IMG/VR virus record: IMGVR_UViG_3300044623_001092
From: a virus
Strand: one strand, 5' to 3'
Length of the DNA stretch: 64,000 nucleotides
Made by a program: the position numbers and the translations under genes. The notes beneath the pieces were generated by a model. That model was not told where the DNA came from. It did not search any database and saw nothing but the letters and a program-made list of their open reading frames with translations. Positions 41,567-51,088 of this stretch are shown here, piece after piece. Numbering within the stretch: the first letter of the stretch is position 1; every line of letters begins with the position of its first letter.

Positions 41567-42691
41567 ATGTCAGTAATCCCCGAACCAGAAAGAAGTTCCC
41601 TATATAAGAAAATAAGACATATATTGGGAGCACCTGTTCGTTCAGTCGAATTAGATGATGAACAGATGGACACATTATTGGAATTTTCAATTGATGACTA
41701 TTCCGAACAAGTACAAAATTTTTTAATCGAGTCACAATGGCCTTCTTTATACAATCTTAATCTTGACACACAATCATTATCAAGAGCGTTCATTTCTAAA
41801 AGTTTAGATTTTGAAAATCGTTATACTTACGCATACTCCAAAATAGTTGGGTTACAAGCGGGAGGTGATTGGGAACTTAAAAAAGATTATATTCAGTTAA
41901 AAGACAATCAACAAAGTTATGAAGTACCTGCGGACAGAGAGATTAATGAATTGTTGTGGTTTACACCGTCAGAATTAAATAATACAATGTTTGACCCTTG
42001 GTCTTTCGGAGCACTTGGTGCTGGTGGTGGTCTTGGTGGTGCGGGTGGTTTAGCACAAATGGGTATGTCAGGTTCTTACCTTATGGCTCCCGCTTTTGAT
42101 ATGTTATTAAGAATGCAAGAAATCAATATACAAAGAAGAATTATTGGTGGTGATTTAACATATACAATTACGGCATTACCAGGCGGTAAAAAATCTTTAA
42201 ATTTAATGAACACTCCTGGTGGTAAATTTGATTTTGGTAATGCTAATTTGATGAGAGGTAAAGTTTGGTATCACTATTATGATACATCACAAGGTGGTAG
42301 AGATAAATGTTTAGCTGATAATCCTGACATTATTAAATTACCATCGGACGTACCATTCAATAAAATGTCTTGGACCGAATTGAATAATCCTGCTCAAGTT
42401 TGGGTAAGACGTTGGTTTGTTGCTTCCTGTAAAGAAACGTTATCTAAAGTTCGTGGGAAATATAGTGGTAATTTAAAAACACCTGATTCAGAATTAACAA
42501 TGGACTACCAATCTTTGGCTACCGAAGCTAAAGATGAAAAAACAAAATTAATTGATGAATTAACGGGAGCTGAAGGACGACTAACAAGATTAAAACCTGA
42601 TAAAGTAATGGAACGTGAGGCACTACTAGCTGAAAATTTAAATAAACAATTGAAGTACCGAGCAATGCCGAGACAAATATACGTAATTTAA
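41567..42691 (+). CDS. Neck / head-tail adaptor protein (T4 gp13-like)
   Basis: LGAPVRSVELDDEQ at the N-terminus and KETLSKVRGKYSG near the C-terminus. Confidence 0.75.
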   Translation: MSVIPEPERSSLYKKIRHILGAPVRSVELDDEQMDTLLEFSIDDYSEQVQNFLIESQWPSLYNLNLDTQSLSRAFISKSLDFENRYTYAYSKIVGLQAGGDWELKKDYIQLKDNQQSYEVPADREINELLWFTPSELNNTMFDPWSFGALGAGGGLGGAGGLAQMGMSGSYLMAPAFDMLLRMQEINIQRRIIGGDLTYTITALPGGKKSLNLMNTPGGKFDFGNANLMRGKVWYHYYDTSQGGRDKCLADNPDIIKLPSDVPFNKMSWTELNNPAQVWVRRWFVASCKETLSKVRGKYSGNLKTPDSELTMDYQSLATEAKDEKTKLIDELTGAEGRLTRLKPDKVMEREALLAENLNKQLKYRAMPRQIYVI

Positions 42692-42693
42692 TT

Positions 42694-43041
42694 ATGAGAA
42701 AACTAATTAATAAAAGAACTATTGGACATAAATATTATATGTCAACTGACCCAATTAATGATGGGGAACATATTAAATTTGTGGAAACTTCTGAGTATAG
42801 AACAAAAGGTGAATCACTAATAATTGTTAGAAATACACCAGCATCTAAAATTGTATTAGATTCAACAACTACTACATACATTAAAATAAAAGCGTTAACT
42901 AATGTTATTATCATACCATTTATTGGTAAAATTGATGAGGAATATGATGAAATATTAATTAATAAAGGTGCATGTGTTGAGTTTTATAATGTGGAAGGTA
43001 ATTGGTATATATTATCCTCGGATGGAATAAAGTTAGAATAA
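42694..43041 (+). CDS. Hypothetical small beta-rich protein
   Basis: 115-aa ORF following the neck gene; ends at a terminator. Confidence 0.65.
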   Translation: MRKLINKRTIGHKYYMSTDPINDGEHIKFVETSEYRTKGESLIIVRNTPASKIVLDSTTTTYIKIKALTNVIIIPFIGKIDEEYDEILINKGACVEFYNVEGNWYILSSDGIKLE

Positions 43042-43042
43042 A

Positions 43043-43070
43043 AAAAAGAGGGATTTAGGTCCCTCTTTTT
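43043..43070. terminator. Bidirectional terminator between convergent genes
   Basis: aaaaagagggat-ttag-gtccctcttttt. Confidence 0.8.
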
Positions 43071-43072
43071 AA

Positions 43073-45883
43073 TTATAAGAATACTTCATACCCTTCACTC
43101 GCCAAATCATAAATATAATTTGGGTCAATCCCCACTTTATTCCAAAACTCTAACTCTTGGTCTGTTACTGTTAACAAGTCCTCAATAGTATCTTGGTCTT
43201 CAGGTCTAAATGGAATCCCGTTAATTAATTCACATTGGTCAGTTGTAAAGAACCCTCTATCTTCAGGGTCAGTAACTAATAAATTATCTCTAACCTCATC
43301 TTTAAAAACAATTAATAAAGGTTCGATTCGTTTATTGAATGTTGCAATTGCTCTTGGTACATTATACTCACCTTTCATATCAGGGTTTTCTTCGATAACC
43401 TTTGGGTCCAATCTATAACTATTAATTTGAATCATGGATGTTACCGATTCGTCAGGGTGTTTCCCATAAGATTCAAAATGATAATCTAATTGGTCTTGAG
43501 ACCATCCCCTTTTCAGTTTAGTTACTTTCTGAACATCACCCTGAGACGCTTTAGTTCCATTATTAACATAAAAGATTACGTCACCTAAATTAACATTTAA
43601 CTTATCCTTCATAACCAATTCCATATGTGCCATTCTTGACATTGCACCACCCGATTTTGTTTTTTGAGTGGTTCTTGTCATGTAGTCTTTAATAGACAAT
43701 TTGACTTTGGCTCTTTGAGCGATTTGCATCAATGGGATATTTAGATTAAAGATTATTGAGATGTATTCGTAATACCACTCAACAAATTCTTTACCTTGTC
43801 CCTCTAACAAATAGTTAACACCTTTATCCAAGAACTTTTCAATATACAAGGGTAATTTTTTAGATTTAATAGTATTACCTGTTAATTTAACTTTCCCTTT
43901 ATGTTCCATAGTTGCGTAGTTCTTTCTCGCTAAGTTGATACAAGATTTCCATGTACCGTCACAATCAAGACCCATCGCACCTCTCATAAACAAATCGTTA
44001 AACTCGGCAACATCGGCATCATAACCTGTATATTCTTTACCCTCTTTAACTAACCAATTAAGACCTTTACCAACATATCTTCTATCATCAACACCACCTT
44101 CAGGTAATGAGAAGTTCATACCATCGGTATCACATACTAGTGGAGTGTAATCACGGTTCATGAAGAATCTTAACATCTGACGTAAATATTGTCGACCTGT
44201 ACAAGTAATCTGTTCACCTTTGTTCATATCACCCCAAGCAAATACTTGTGGTGCGGATAAAGCCCCAAATAATGAGTTGATGAAAATCTTAATCGGTAAT
44301 TGTTTACGGTCAAATTTAAGGGAAGTCTTTTTATCCTTACTTTCCCATTCTTTCGCCAAGTTCTTGTACATAATACGAGAGTTACGGAAATAGGCTAACA
44401 TCCCTTTCATCGCCCCCATAACGTCACACTCAGGAAACACATCGTGAACTAACTGAATAGAGGGGTATAGTGAAGAGTAATCAAGTTTTAGTACATCTTT
44501 TGAATAACCTGTTTTTAATAGTCTTGATAAACCACCAACAAATGCTCCTTTATCTTGTTTCTCAGGAATTGCTAATTTGTGTTTATAAGACCAAGCCAAC
44601 ATAATCATTTTCCATAATGTTGCGGTGCCCATTGTTGAAATACGTTCATAAGTAGTTGGTACTAAGGACGCTAATAGAAACGTTCCTTGGTTGAATTCAT
44701 CATCCACCAATAACGTTTCCTCAAGGTCATCGTCAAGATAACGCTCAACTAAATCATCACCTGTTGTTTTAATGTACACTTTATCGTGTTTCTCACAAAC
44801 GGAATCAATCTTTGAGTCTAACCCAACTTTTTTGTAGTTACCGTTCTCAATGTTTAACCAATATTCTTCTTTTTTTGCATAGAATGGTCCAATATCTAAG
44901 TGGTCAATGTATACACGGTCTTTAGCCTCACCATCAATATATTTGGTGATGTATTTCAAACCTGCGGACTTAATACTTGAGTTAATAGCTTGAGCTCGAC
45001 GAACAGAGTGAATAATATCTACAATGTTATAACCCCACATACCAACTTGGTTGTATCTCTCCACCTCATTAGCTAGTTTTAATAAGTTCTCAGACTGTTT
45101 TATATTAGATTTAGGGTTTAGGGTACGGCATATCTTTTTAATGTCTAAATTCAACATTTTACATCTTTCGAATATCCAAACCCAGTCGAAGTTTGCGGAA
45201 TTGTAACCACCAATAATAGTTGGTTTAACCTCATCAATAATTCTAAAGAATTCTACAAGACCTCTACGTTCTTCATCTTCATTAGAACACTCAATTACTC
45301 GTTGTAGACCTTTATTTGTTTTAATCCCAATCATGAATATACGACCGTCTTTAGGTTCCAAAGCGGTCGTCTCAAGGTCAAATACAAGTCTCGTGATGTC
45401 ATTGTACTCATCAAAACCTTTGAATAATCTTTTTTCTCTTGAGATGAGGTATTGTTCTACAGGAGGTAAGATAAGAACCTTACCTTTAGTTATTTCTCCC
45501 CAAGGGTCGAGTCCACCATCACGGAAGAATTGAATTAATGAACGATAACCTTTTAATGATTTAACCATATATTTTAAACCAAACTCTAAACGGTCATTAA
45601 CAACTCCGTCATCATGGCTTGTTCGTAATTTCTCAATCATAATTCCATGCTTAGACATTCCTTCTTTTTGAAGTGCCTTAGATGATTGGTAGAAATTTAA
45701 ACCACGTAAATCTCCCACCCAAGCAAACGCGGTAAATGTATCTTTTTGGATTGTTTTTCCTTTCCCTGGCTCTTCTTTTATTTTATAGACTGAATCTGAT
45801 ACATAATCAAATTCTATGGCCACGATGTGTTCTTCAGGGTCATTCCCTTCTAAGAACGACTTAATTTCTTCTTCGTTTATCAT
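43073..45883 (-). CDS. DNA polymerase family B with 3'-5' exonuclease
   Basis: FDLETT (Exo I), GYNSANFD (Exo II), YLDDD (Exo III), LDYSSLYPS, KIFINSLFG, CDTDG, KNY. Confidence 0.95.
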   Translation of the reverse strand: MINEEEIKSFLEGNDPEEHIVAIEFDYVSDSVYKIKEEPGKGKTIQKDTFTAFAWVGDLRGLNFYQSSKALQKEGMSKHGIMIEKLRTSHDDGVVNDRLEFGLKYMVKSLKGYRSLIQFFRDGGLDPWGEITKGKVLILPPVEQYLISREKRLFKGFDEYNDITRLVFDLETTALEPKDGRIFMIGIKTNKGLQRVIECSNEDEERRGLVEFFRIIDEVKPTIIGGYNSANFDWVWIFERCKMLNLDIKKICRTLNPKSNIKQSENLLKLANEVERYNQVGMWGYNIVDIIHSVRRAQAINSSIKSAGLKYITKYIDGEAKDRVYIDHLDIGPFYAKKEEYWLNIENGNYKKVGLDSKIDSVCEKHDKVYIKTTGDDLVERYLDDDLEETLLVDDEFNQGTFLLASLVPTTYERISTMGTATLWKMIMLAWSYKHKLAIPEKQDKGAFVGGLSRLLKTGYSKDVLKLDYSSLYPSIQLVHDVFPECDVMGAMKGMLAYFRNSRIMYKNLAKEWESKDKKTSLKFDRKQLPIKIFINSLFGALSAPQVFAWGDMNKGEQITCTGRQYLRQMLRFFMNRDYTPLVCDTDGMNFSLPEGGVDDRRYVGKGLNWLVKEGKEYTGYDADVAEFNDLFMRGAMGLDCDGTWKSCINLARKNYATMEHKGKVKLTGNTIKSKKLPLYIEKFLDKGVNYLLEGQGKEFVEWYYEYISIIFNLNIPLMQIAQRAKVKLSIKDYMTRTTQKTKSGGAMSRMAHMELVMKDKLNVNLGDVIFYVNNGTKASQGDVQKVTKLKRGWSQDQLDYHFESYGKHPDESVTSMIQINSYRLDPKVIEENPDMKGEYNVPRAIATFNKRIEPLLIVFKDEVRDNLLVTDPEDRGFFTTDQCELINGIPFRPEDQDTIEDLLTVTDQELEFWNKVGIDPNYIYDLASEGYEVFL

Positions 45884-45943
45884 ATCACTTATTTTAATGG
45901 TTCATTAGCTGCCGTTAAAAACGACATTTACCTTACATCAATA

Positions 45944-45972
45944 AGTATATTAGTAAATTTGTTTTTTGTCAA
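45944..45972 (-). promoter_or_regulatory. Sigma70-type promoter (TTGACA-N17-TATACT) for the DNA polymerase gene
   Basis: Minus strand reads TTGACA aaaaacaaatttactaa TATACT. Confidence 0.85.
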
Positions 45973-45974
45973 AT

Positions 45975-46009
45975 AAAAAAAGAGGGTTTTTGTGACCCCC
46001 TTTTTTTTT
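45975..46009 (-). terminator. Terminator ending the glycosylation/fibre block
   Basis: Minus strand aaagggggt-cacaaaa-accctcttt plus T run. Confidence 0.65.
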
Positions 46010-46024
46010 ATCTTAAAAAATAAT

Positions 46025-47944
46025 TTAACTTGCCACATCTGTAATTAACAGTGTATCAGTTGAGTCGTAATATGATAGTCTAGGTTGAGCATCACTTCTT
46101 AAAAATATAGTACAATTATAGTTAGCGTATACGTGAGTTGATAAACTAAAATTTACAGAATTTAAACCAAATTTAACTTCGTTTAATTGGAAATCATTAC
46201 CTATTGTGTTAGAGTAAAAATTGTCAGTAATATTATTATTATAAAAATATTCACCAATATTATTATTATAAAAATAATTACCTATTTTATTACCTTGACT
46301 AACACTATTACCAAAACCAAAATCATTATTAATGAGATTAGAATAGAAATAATTTCTAATTTCATTATATGAGAAGTAATTAGCGATATTATTAGAATAG
46401 AAATCATTACCTATCTCATTATATTGAAAATTACCAGAAATAACATTACTATAAAAACTATCCCCTATTCTATTTTTAGAGAAATTGTATGAGCCAATAG
46501 TTAAATTGGTCCCGATAGTATTATTTTCAAAAACGTGTTCAATAGTATTTTCGTAGAAATTTGAATATACGGTATTACCATTATATCCGTTACCAATTAA
46601 ATTACGATTATAAGTTGAGTAACTTTCATTATTATTATACCCATTACCAATATCATTATTATAGAAATCGTTATAGATTTTATTATCATTAAATTGGTTT
46701 CCTATTTCATTATTTTGAAAATCTCCATTAGTCCAAACATTATTGTTAAAGTCGTTCCCAATATTATTTCTATAAAAAGAACCACCAATTAGGATATTAA
46801 AATCAAAATCACTACCAATTCGATTATTATTAAAATTAGAGGTGATATAGTTGTTATTAAAATTTTCCCCAATTATATTACCGTCAAAATCATCATTCGT
46901 TGAGTTATTATAAAATCCATCACCAATTTGATTATTATCACAATCATCATTAAATGTGTTATTATAAGAACCGTTACCGATGGTGTTGTTTCTAAATGAA
47001 CCTTCTAATAATACATTATTTGCCTGTAAAAAATCCCCAGTACCAAATTCTAAATGTAAATTAGAATAGTTACCAATATAGTTATTAACCGCCCCACCAT
47101 CATCAATAGCGTCACCAAATGTTGTGTATTCGTAAACTTGATTTTGGTTTATGTTAGGTTGATAATAACCCATTATACCATCATTATTTCCAAAATAATA
47201 AGGTGAATCTGTAGTTTCATTTATTGTTACACCTGATATAATTGCTATAGAATCACTCTCAACTGATATAACTTCAAAAAATGAAGGATTTAAATTTCGT
47301 ACTGAAACAATTGACCCCGTTGTAAAAGTTGAATTAAATGTTGTGCCCGTGTTACCATATAACACGGCAGTTGTTCCTGTTAAACCACTTATCCCAACAA
47401 GACCACTTAATGGACTATCTTCGTCATATGAATATCCGTTATATCTTTTAAATAAAATACTTCTGTTATCATAGTCAGTTCTATTATTAAAGTTATCAAT
47501 TCTTTCAGTGATTCTACCTTTTGCAGGACTACTAGTTACTTCAGTTGTATTCCAAGTTATGTCGTATGTTATTTTATCATTAGGGTATAATGTTGAATAT
47601 ACGGTAGGAGAAAATCCTGTTGTAGATATTGCCAATAATAAAATTGGCTCTGTTGTTCCTGTTTTATAGTTACCCGTTGTTATTGGGGTTTTAGTATTAT
47701 CATAATTTGGTTGGTCGTAACACGTTTGGAAGTCAGTCATTAAGTAATAACTTCCAGCGGTTAGTGTTCCACCTGTGGCGAATGAATATAACTCATCGTA
47801 AGTACCTTCGTTATAGTTTGAATTAGTGAACGCAGAATATGATATATGGTATGTATCACCACTCAATTCTACGGGAAATAATGTATCCGTTGTTACTCCC
47901 GAAAGATATGTTAATTCCCCAATTGTTTTTCCTGTTAGTGCCAT
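46025..47944 (-). CDS. Fibre/appendage-like protein with Asn-rich beta-solenoid repeats
   Basis: More than 20 imperfect repeats of N-x-I-G-x-x-F-x-x-N in the C-terminal half; N-terminal KTIGEL motif. Confidence 0.65.
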   Translation of the reverse strand: MALTGKTIGELTYLSGVTTDTLFPVELSGDTYHISYSAFTNSNYNEGTYDELYSFATGGTLTAGSYYLMTDFQTCYDQPNYDNTKTPITTGNYKTGTTEPILLLAISTTGFSPTVYSTLYPNDKITYDITWNTTEVTSSPAKGRITERIDNFNNRTDYDNRSILFKRYNGYSYDEDSPLSGLVGISGLTGTTAVLYGNTGTTFNSTFTTGSIVSVRNLNPSFFEVISVESDSIAIISGVTINETTDSPYYFGNNDGIMGYYQPNINQNQVYEYTTFGDAIDDGGAVNNYIGNYSNLHLEFGTGDFLQANNVLLEGSFRNNTIGNGSYNNTFNDDCDNNQIGDGFYNNSTNDDFDGNIIGENFNNNYITSNFNNNRIGSDFDFNILIGGSFYRNNIGNDFNNNVWTNGDFQNNEIGNQFNDNKIYNDFYNNDIGNGYNNNESYSTYNRNLIGNGYNGNTVYSNFYENTIEHVFENNTIGTNLTIGSYNFSKNRIGDSFYSNVISGNFQYNEIGNDFYSNNIANYFSYNEIRNYFYSNLINNDFGFGNSVSQGNKIGNYFYNNNIGEYFYNNNITDNFYSNTIGNDFQLNEVKFGLNSVNFSLSTHVYANYNCTIFLRSDAQPRLSYYDSTDTLLITDVAS

Positions 47945-47980
47945 AATTTGTTTTTTATTTTATAAATATTATATAGATTA

Positions 47981-48649
47981 TTAAAATTGTAAGTATTCAT
48001 TATCACCAATTATTATATAATCGCCCCCCTCAGTTATTATAGGGTTAATTAATACATCAACAGGTGGTGTTGTACTTGTTGTAGTTGTTACGGGATTGTA
48101 TGTGGTAGTTGTTGTTACGGGATTGTATGTGGTAGTTGTTGTTACGGGATTGTATGTGGTAGTTGTTGTTACGGGCGGACATGGTGGGCACGTTGGACAT
48201 GGGGTAGTTGTTGTAGTTGTGGTATAAGGACCATTAACACAACAAGGGAATTCAGATGTATAACAACTTTCATACGGTAATTCATCACTAATAAATGATT
48301 CTTGAACATTGATAAATAATGTTTCTCTTATTGGTAGAATTAAAACCCCATCGTCAGACCTTAGCATAAATTGACCTTCATATCGGCCAACTCTGTTAGT
48401 GTCTTTATTAGTAAATTGATAATAGATATAATATTCGGGTTGGGCATTTGGGTCCTCAAAAAGTTTTTCCACAAATCCTGCTGGTCGTGTACTTATTTTT
48501 GGGATGCCTGTTTCAACATCAACCATAGAAAAGAAGATTGCCGACAACTCAATGTTTTTCATAAAGTTATCGTAATCACTTCTACCGTCTTTAACGACTT
48601 GTAATTTTAAAACAGGTAATGTTGCGTTTTTTTTAATGAAAAACTCCAT
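47981..48649 (-). CDS. Virion-associated protein (BppU-like N-terminal domain) with Thr-rich repeats
   Basis: FFIKKNATLP...YQFTNKDT..GRYEGQF..LILP, then TTTTTTPCPTCPPCPP and (TTTTTYNPV)x3. Confidence 0.6.
   Translation of the reverse strand: MEFFIKKNATLPVLKLQVVKDGRSDYDNFMKNIELSAIFFSMVDVETGIPKISTRPAGFVEKLFEDPNAQPEYYIYYQFTNKDTNRVGRYEGQFMLRSDDGVLILPIRETLFINVQESFISDELPYESCYTSEFPCCVNGPYTTTTTTTPCPTCPPCPPVTTTTTYNPVTTTTTYNPVTTTTTYNPVTTTTSTTPPVDVLINPIITEGGDYIIIGDNEYLQF
48084..48175 (-). repeat. Perfect 27-bp tandem repeat, about 3.4 copies, encoding TTTTTYNPV
   Basis: Unit gttgttacgggattgtatgtggtagtt at 48084, 48111 and 48138, partial at 48165. Confidence 0.9.
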
Positions 48650-48688
48650 TTATTATTTTTACTATAAATACTTTATAATATAAAATAA

Positions 48689-50380
48689 TTAACTTTCTTT
48701 TCTTAAATCTCTAGAATAATGGTCAAAACGATTATGTTCAGTTGGTGTTAATAATAATAACCCACCATTGATTTTACCTTTTTTAGTTTCTTGGAAAATG
48801 TGACTCATCCACGTTTGTTCATAAGGGTGGGCCCATGTTGTTTCTAAAAACATTTTTCTACTACCTTCTTTTGATACTACTTGAGGCCAATTACAATAAT
48901 AAACATCACCTGTCACATAAGGAACACCGTCAAAAATACTAACACTTTCATACTTAGTTTTTGGTGCGTTTTCTGAAGTACCATTTTGTGGTAATTCTTT
49001 ATTATTAGGCCAATATTCTTCTCTAACAACTTGAGGAACATTATACCAACTCCATTGAATTGAATTGTCACCAAAAAATTCACTGAAGTTTAATTTAAGA
49101 AAATCAAATTTTTCTTTTTGGATAATTGACAAACTTTTTCTAAATAAGTTAGGAACGAATCTATTGAAACCATTTCGACATGTTTCACCTTCTTTTGGAA
49201 AGAAGAACATATCATCCTCAAAGAAATACATGTAATCCATATCAGACTTTTCAAAATGTTCTGCAATCCATTGTCTCCCACCACAAATACCTAAATTTTC
49301 CTTTTTAATGTGTTCAAAACCATATTCACTACAAAGTTCGGAATAGATAGGGGTTGTTGATAAATCAGTTGAATTATCCAATAATATTTTTCTTGGTTTT
49401 TTAATAAAATCCTCGTCATAAGATAACATTGAATCAATTAAAGTTTTTAATTGATTCGGACTATTGAATCCTATCACATACAGACCAACATTATCTTTTG
49501 ATGGTGGTGTAAATGATACGGGCTCAGACAGTTTAATTTCTTCTTGTTTTGGAATTAATTTACCATCTTTTAAATCCTCAAAGAATTTACCAATTAAACC
49601 ATTATACTCGATATCAAAATGTGATACTTTGTCAGAATGTTTATATGTGATAATTGAAAAAATACTTTCTTCGGTACCCATTAATGAATTAGATAATGTA
49701 TCAGTCAATAATGAATAGTAGATTCCGTTAATTTCTTCGATAGTATTTTTAGGCCCACCAAAGAACCCTCCTCTAGCAACTAATTTAACCTCGTTATTAG
49801 CGTACTTATTTAATTCAGGTAAATTAAAACCATGAATTTCTGTCGCACCCTCATATGGGAATGTTATAAATGAAAATTTATCAACATAATTATGTAACTT
49901 ATCTAAAACTTTGTCGTGAGTGAAATAACCAGGGTGTACAGTATTTGTAATACCCGCGTCTAACCAAAACAAATATTCAGTATCGAACTTATCCATAATA
50001 CGAGCATCGTTCAGTAAGAACATTTTACTCATAACTAATGGATTATAGTACGGTAGTTTTGCTTGTGTTGAATCTTTAATCCAACCTGTTTGTTTTAACC
50101 AATTCTCACTATTTCTAATACTTTGTATTAAATCATAATAATCGTTATTCCTAAACCAATCTAAATTTCTTAATATAAATTGAGTATTAGTATTACTTCT
50201 ACGTTCTGAGACAAATTTTTGGAGATTTTCGTCACCAAAAATAATCATATTCTCATCAATCTTTAGAAGTTCATTAAATTTTGTTAAATAATGGTCCATA
50301 GACCTAGCCCAATCATTAGATAATTGGTCTCTACCAATATCCCATAAACCTGTTACTATTGTTACTTTATTTGAACTCAT
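48689..50380 (-). CDS. Two-domain glycosyltransferase: HtrL/WlaTC-like plus GT-A (GT2-like)
   Basis: TIVTGLWDIGR, SKMFLL, FWLDAG, GGFFGG, GTEES (HtrL-like); second domain ENLGICGGR...YFFEDDM. Confidence 0.75.
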   Translation of the reverse strand: MSSNKVTIVTGLWDIGRDQLSNDWARSMDHYLTKFNELLKIDENMIIFGDENLQKFVSERRSNTNTQFILRNLDWFRNNDYYDLIQSIRNSENWLKQTGWIKDSTQAKLPYYNPLVMSKMFLLNDARIMDKFDTEYLFWLDAGITNTVHPGYFTHDKVLDKLHNYVDKFSFITFPYEGATEIHGFNLPELNKYANNEVKLVARGGFFGGPKNTIEEINGIYYSLLTDTLSNSLMGTEESIFSIITYKHSDKVSHFDIEYNGLIGKFFEDLKDGKLIPKQEEIKLSEPVSFTPPSKDNVGLYVIGFNSPNQLKTLIDSMLSYDEDFIKKPRKILLDNSTDLSTTPIYSELCSEYGFEHIKKENLGICGGRQWIAEHFEKSDMDYMYFFEDDMFFFPKEGETCRNGFNRFVPNLFRKSLSIIQKEKFDFLKLNFSEFFGDNSIQWSWYNVPQVVREEYWPNNKELPQNGTSENAPKTKYESVSIFDGVPYVTGDVYYCNWPQVVSKEGSRKMFLETTWAHPYEQTWMSHIFQETKKGKINGGLLLLTPTEHNRFDHYSRDLRKES

Positions 50381-50385
50381 ATTAA

Positions 50386-51084
50386 TTATTTTTCTTTTAT
50401 TTTACAAACCCACGCAACTTTAGTAAACACATCTTGTAGGTAATCATATAGATTATTTTCAACACATTTTGAGTAAATGTCGGAGTTTTGTATTTCTAGC
50501 CAATTCCAAAATTTACCTTTAATTTCCGTTTCAAATTTTTCATTATCATAACAATAATCATGAGCCATAATAATATCCCCAACCTTTAAAAGTGGTGATA
50601 TTAAATTAAATTCATTTTTTTTAACCCCACCATCACATAGAACTAAAGTACAACCATCTTGTTGGATAAAGTCAGATAACTCATTTTTAATATTTTCCGA
50701 AATAAATTCCGTATAATCACCTGAAAATAAATTCTCAACTTTAACCACAATATTTAATTTGTCAGACTCAACTTGAGGGGTTAAATAAATTGGTGGGTTA
50801 ACATCGTAAGTGATTAAATCTGAACTGTGTAAATTGTTATTATCTAATAAATCTCTAATTATTAACGTAAGTCCTCCAGCAAATGTCCCAATTTCTAAAA
50901 CACGTTTAGGTTTATTTTGTGAAATCAATTTATCAAAGGGATAAACTATATTTGGGTTCTGTTCTACTGATAGACCATTATAAGATAAATGACTAATACT
51001 ACCGTCCCTTATAACTGAATTAAAGTAATCATTTTCAAAACAATTTTGTCCTGAACAACTCATTTTATTTTTCACATTTTCCAT
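50386..51084 (-). CDS. Class I SAM-dependent methyltransferase (CmcI/Methyltransf_24-like); start revised to MENVKNK
   Basis: KPKRVLEIGTFAGGLT, LCDGG, LKVGDIIMAHD. Confidence 0.75.
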   Translation of the reverse strand: MENVKNKMSCSGQNCFENDYFNSVIRDGSISHLSYNGLSVEQNPNIVYPFDKLISQNKPKRVLEIGTFAGGLTLIIRDLLDNNNLHSSDLITYDVNPPIYLTPQVESDKLNIVVKVENLFSGDYTEFISENIKNELSDFIQQDGCTLVLCDGGVKKNEFNLISPLLKVGDIIMAHDYCYDNEKFETEIKGKFWNWLEIQNSDIYSKCVENNLYDYLQDVFTKVAWVCKIKEK

Positions 51085-51088
51085 ATTA

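Noticed and set aside
45895-45935. GCTAATGA as part of a fluoride riboswitch or hammerhead ribozyme
   Set aside because: It lacks the 5' GAUGG pseudoknot element of the riboswitch and the third stem and GAAA of a hammerhead; kept only as an unknown hairpin.
46025-47100. AAY-rich region as a diversity-generating retroelement template
   Set aside because: There is no reverse transcriptase and no TR/VR duplicate in the window; the Asn-rich solenoid explains the composition.
48084-48175. 27-bp direct repeats as a CRISPR array
   Set aside because: The repeats are head-to-tail with no spacers and are in-frame coding; no cas genes are present.
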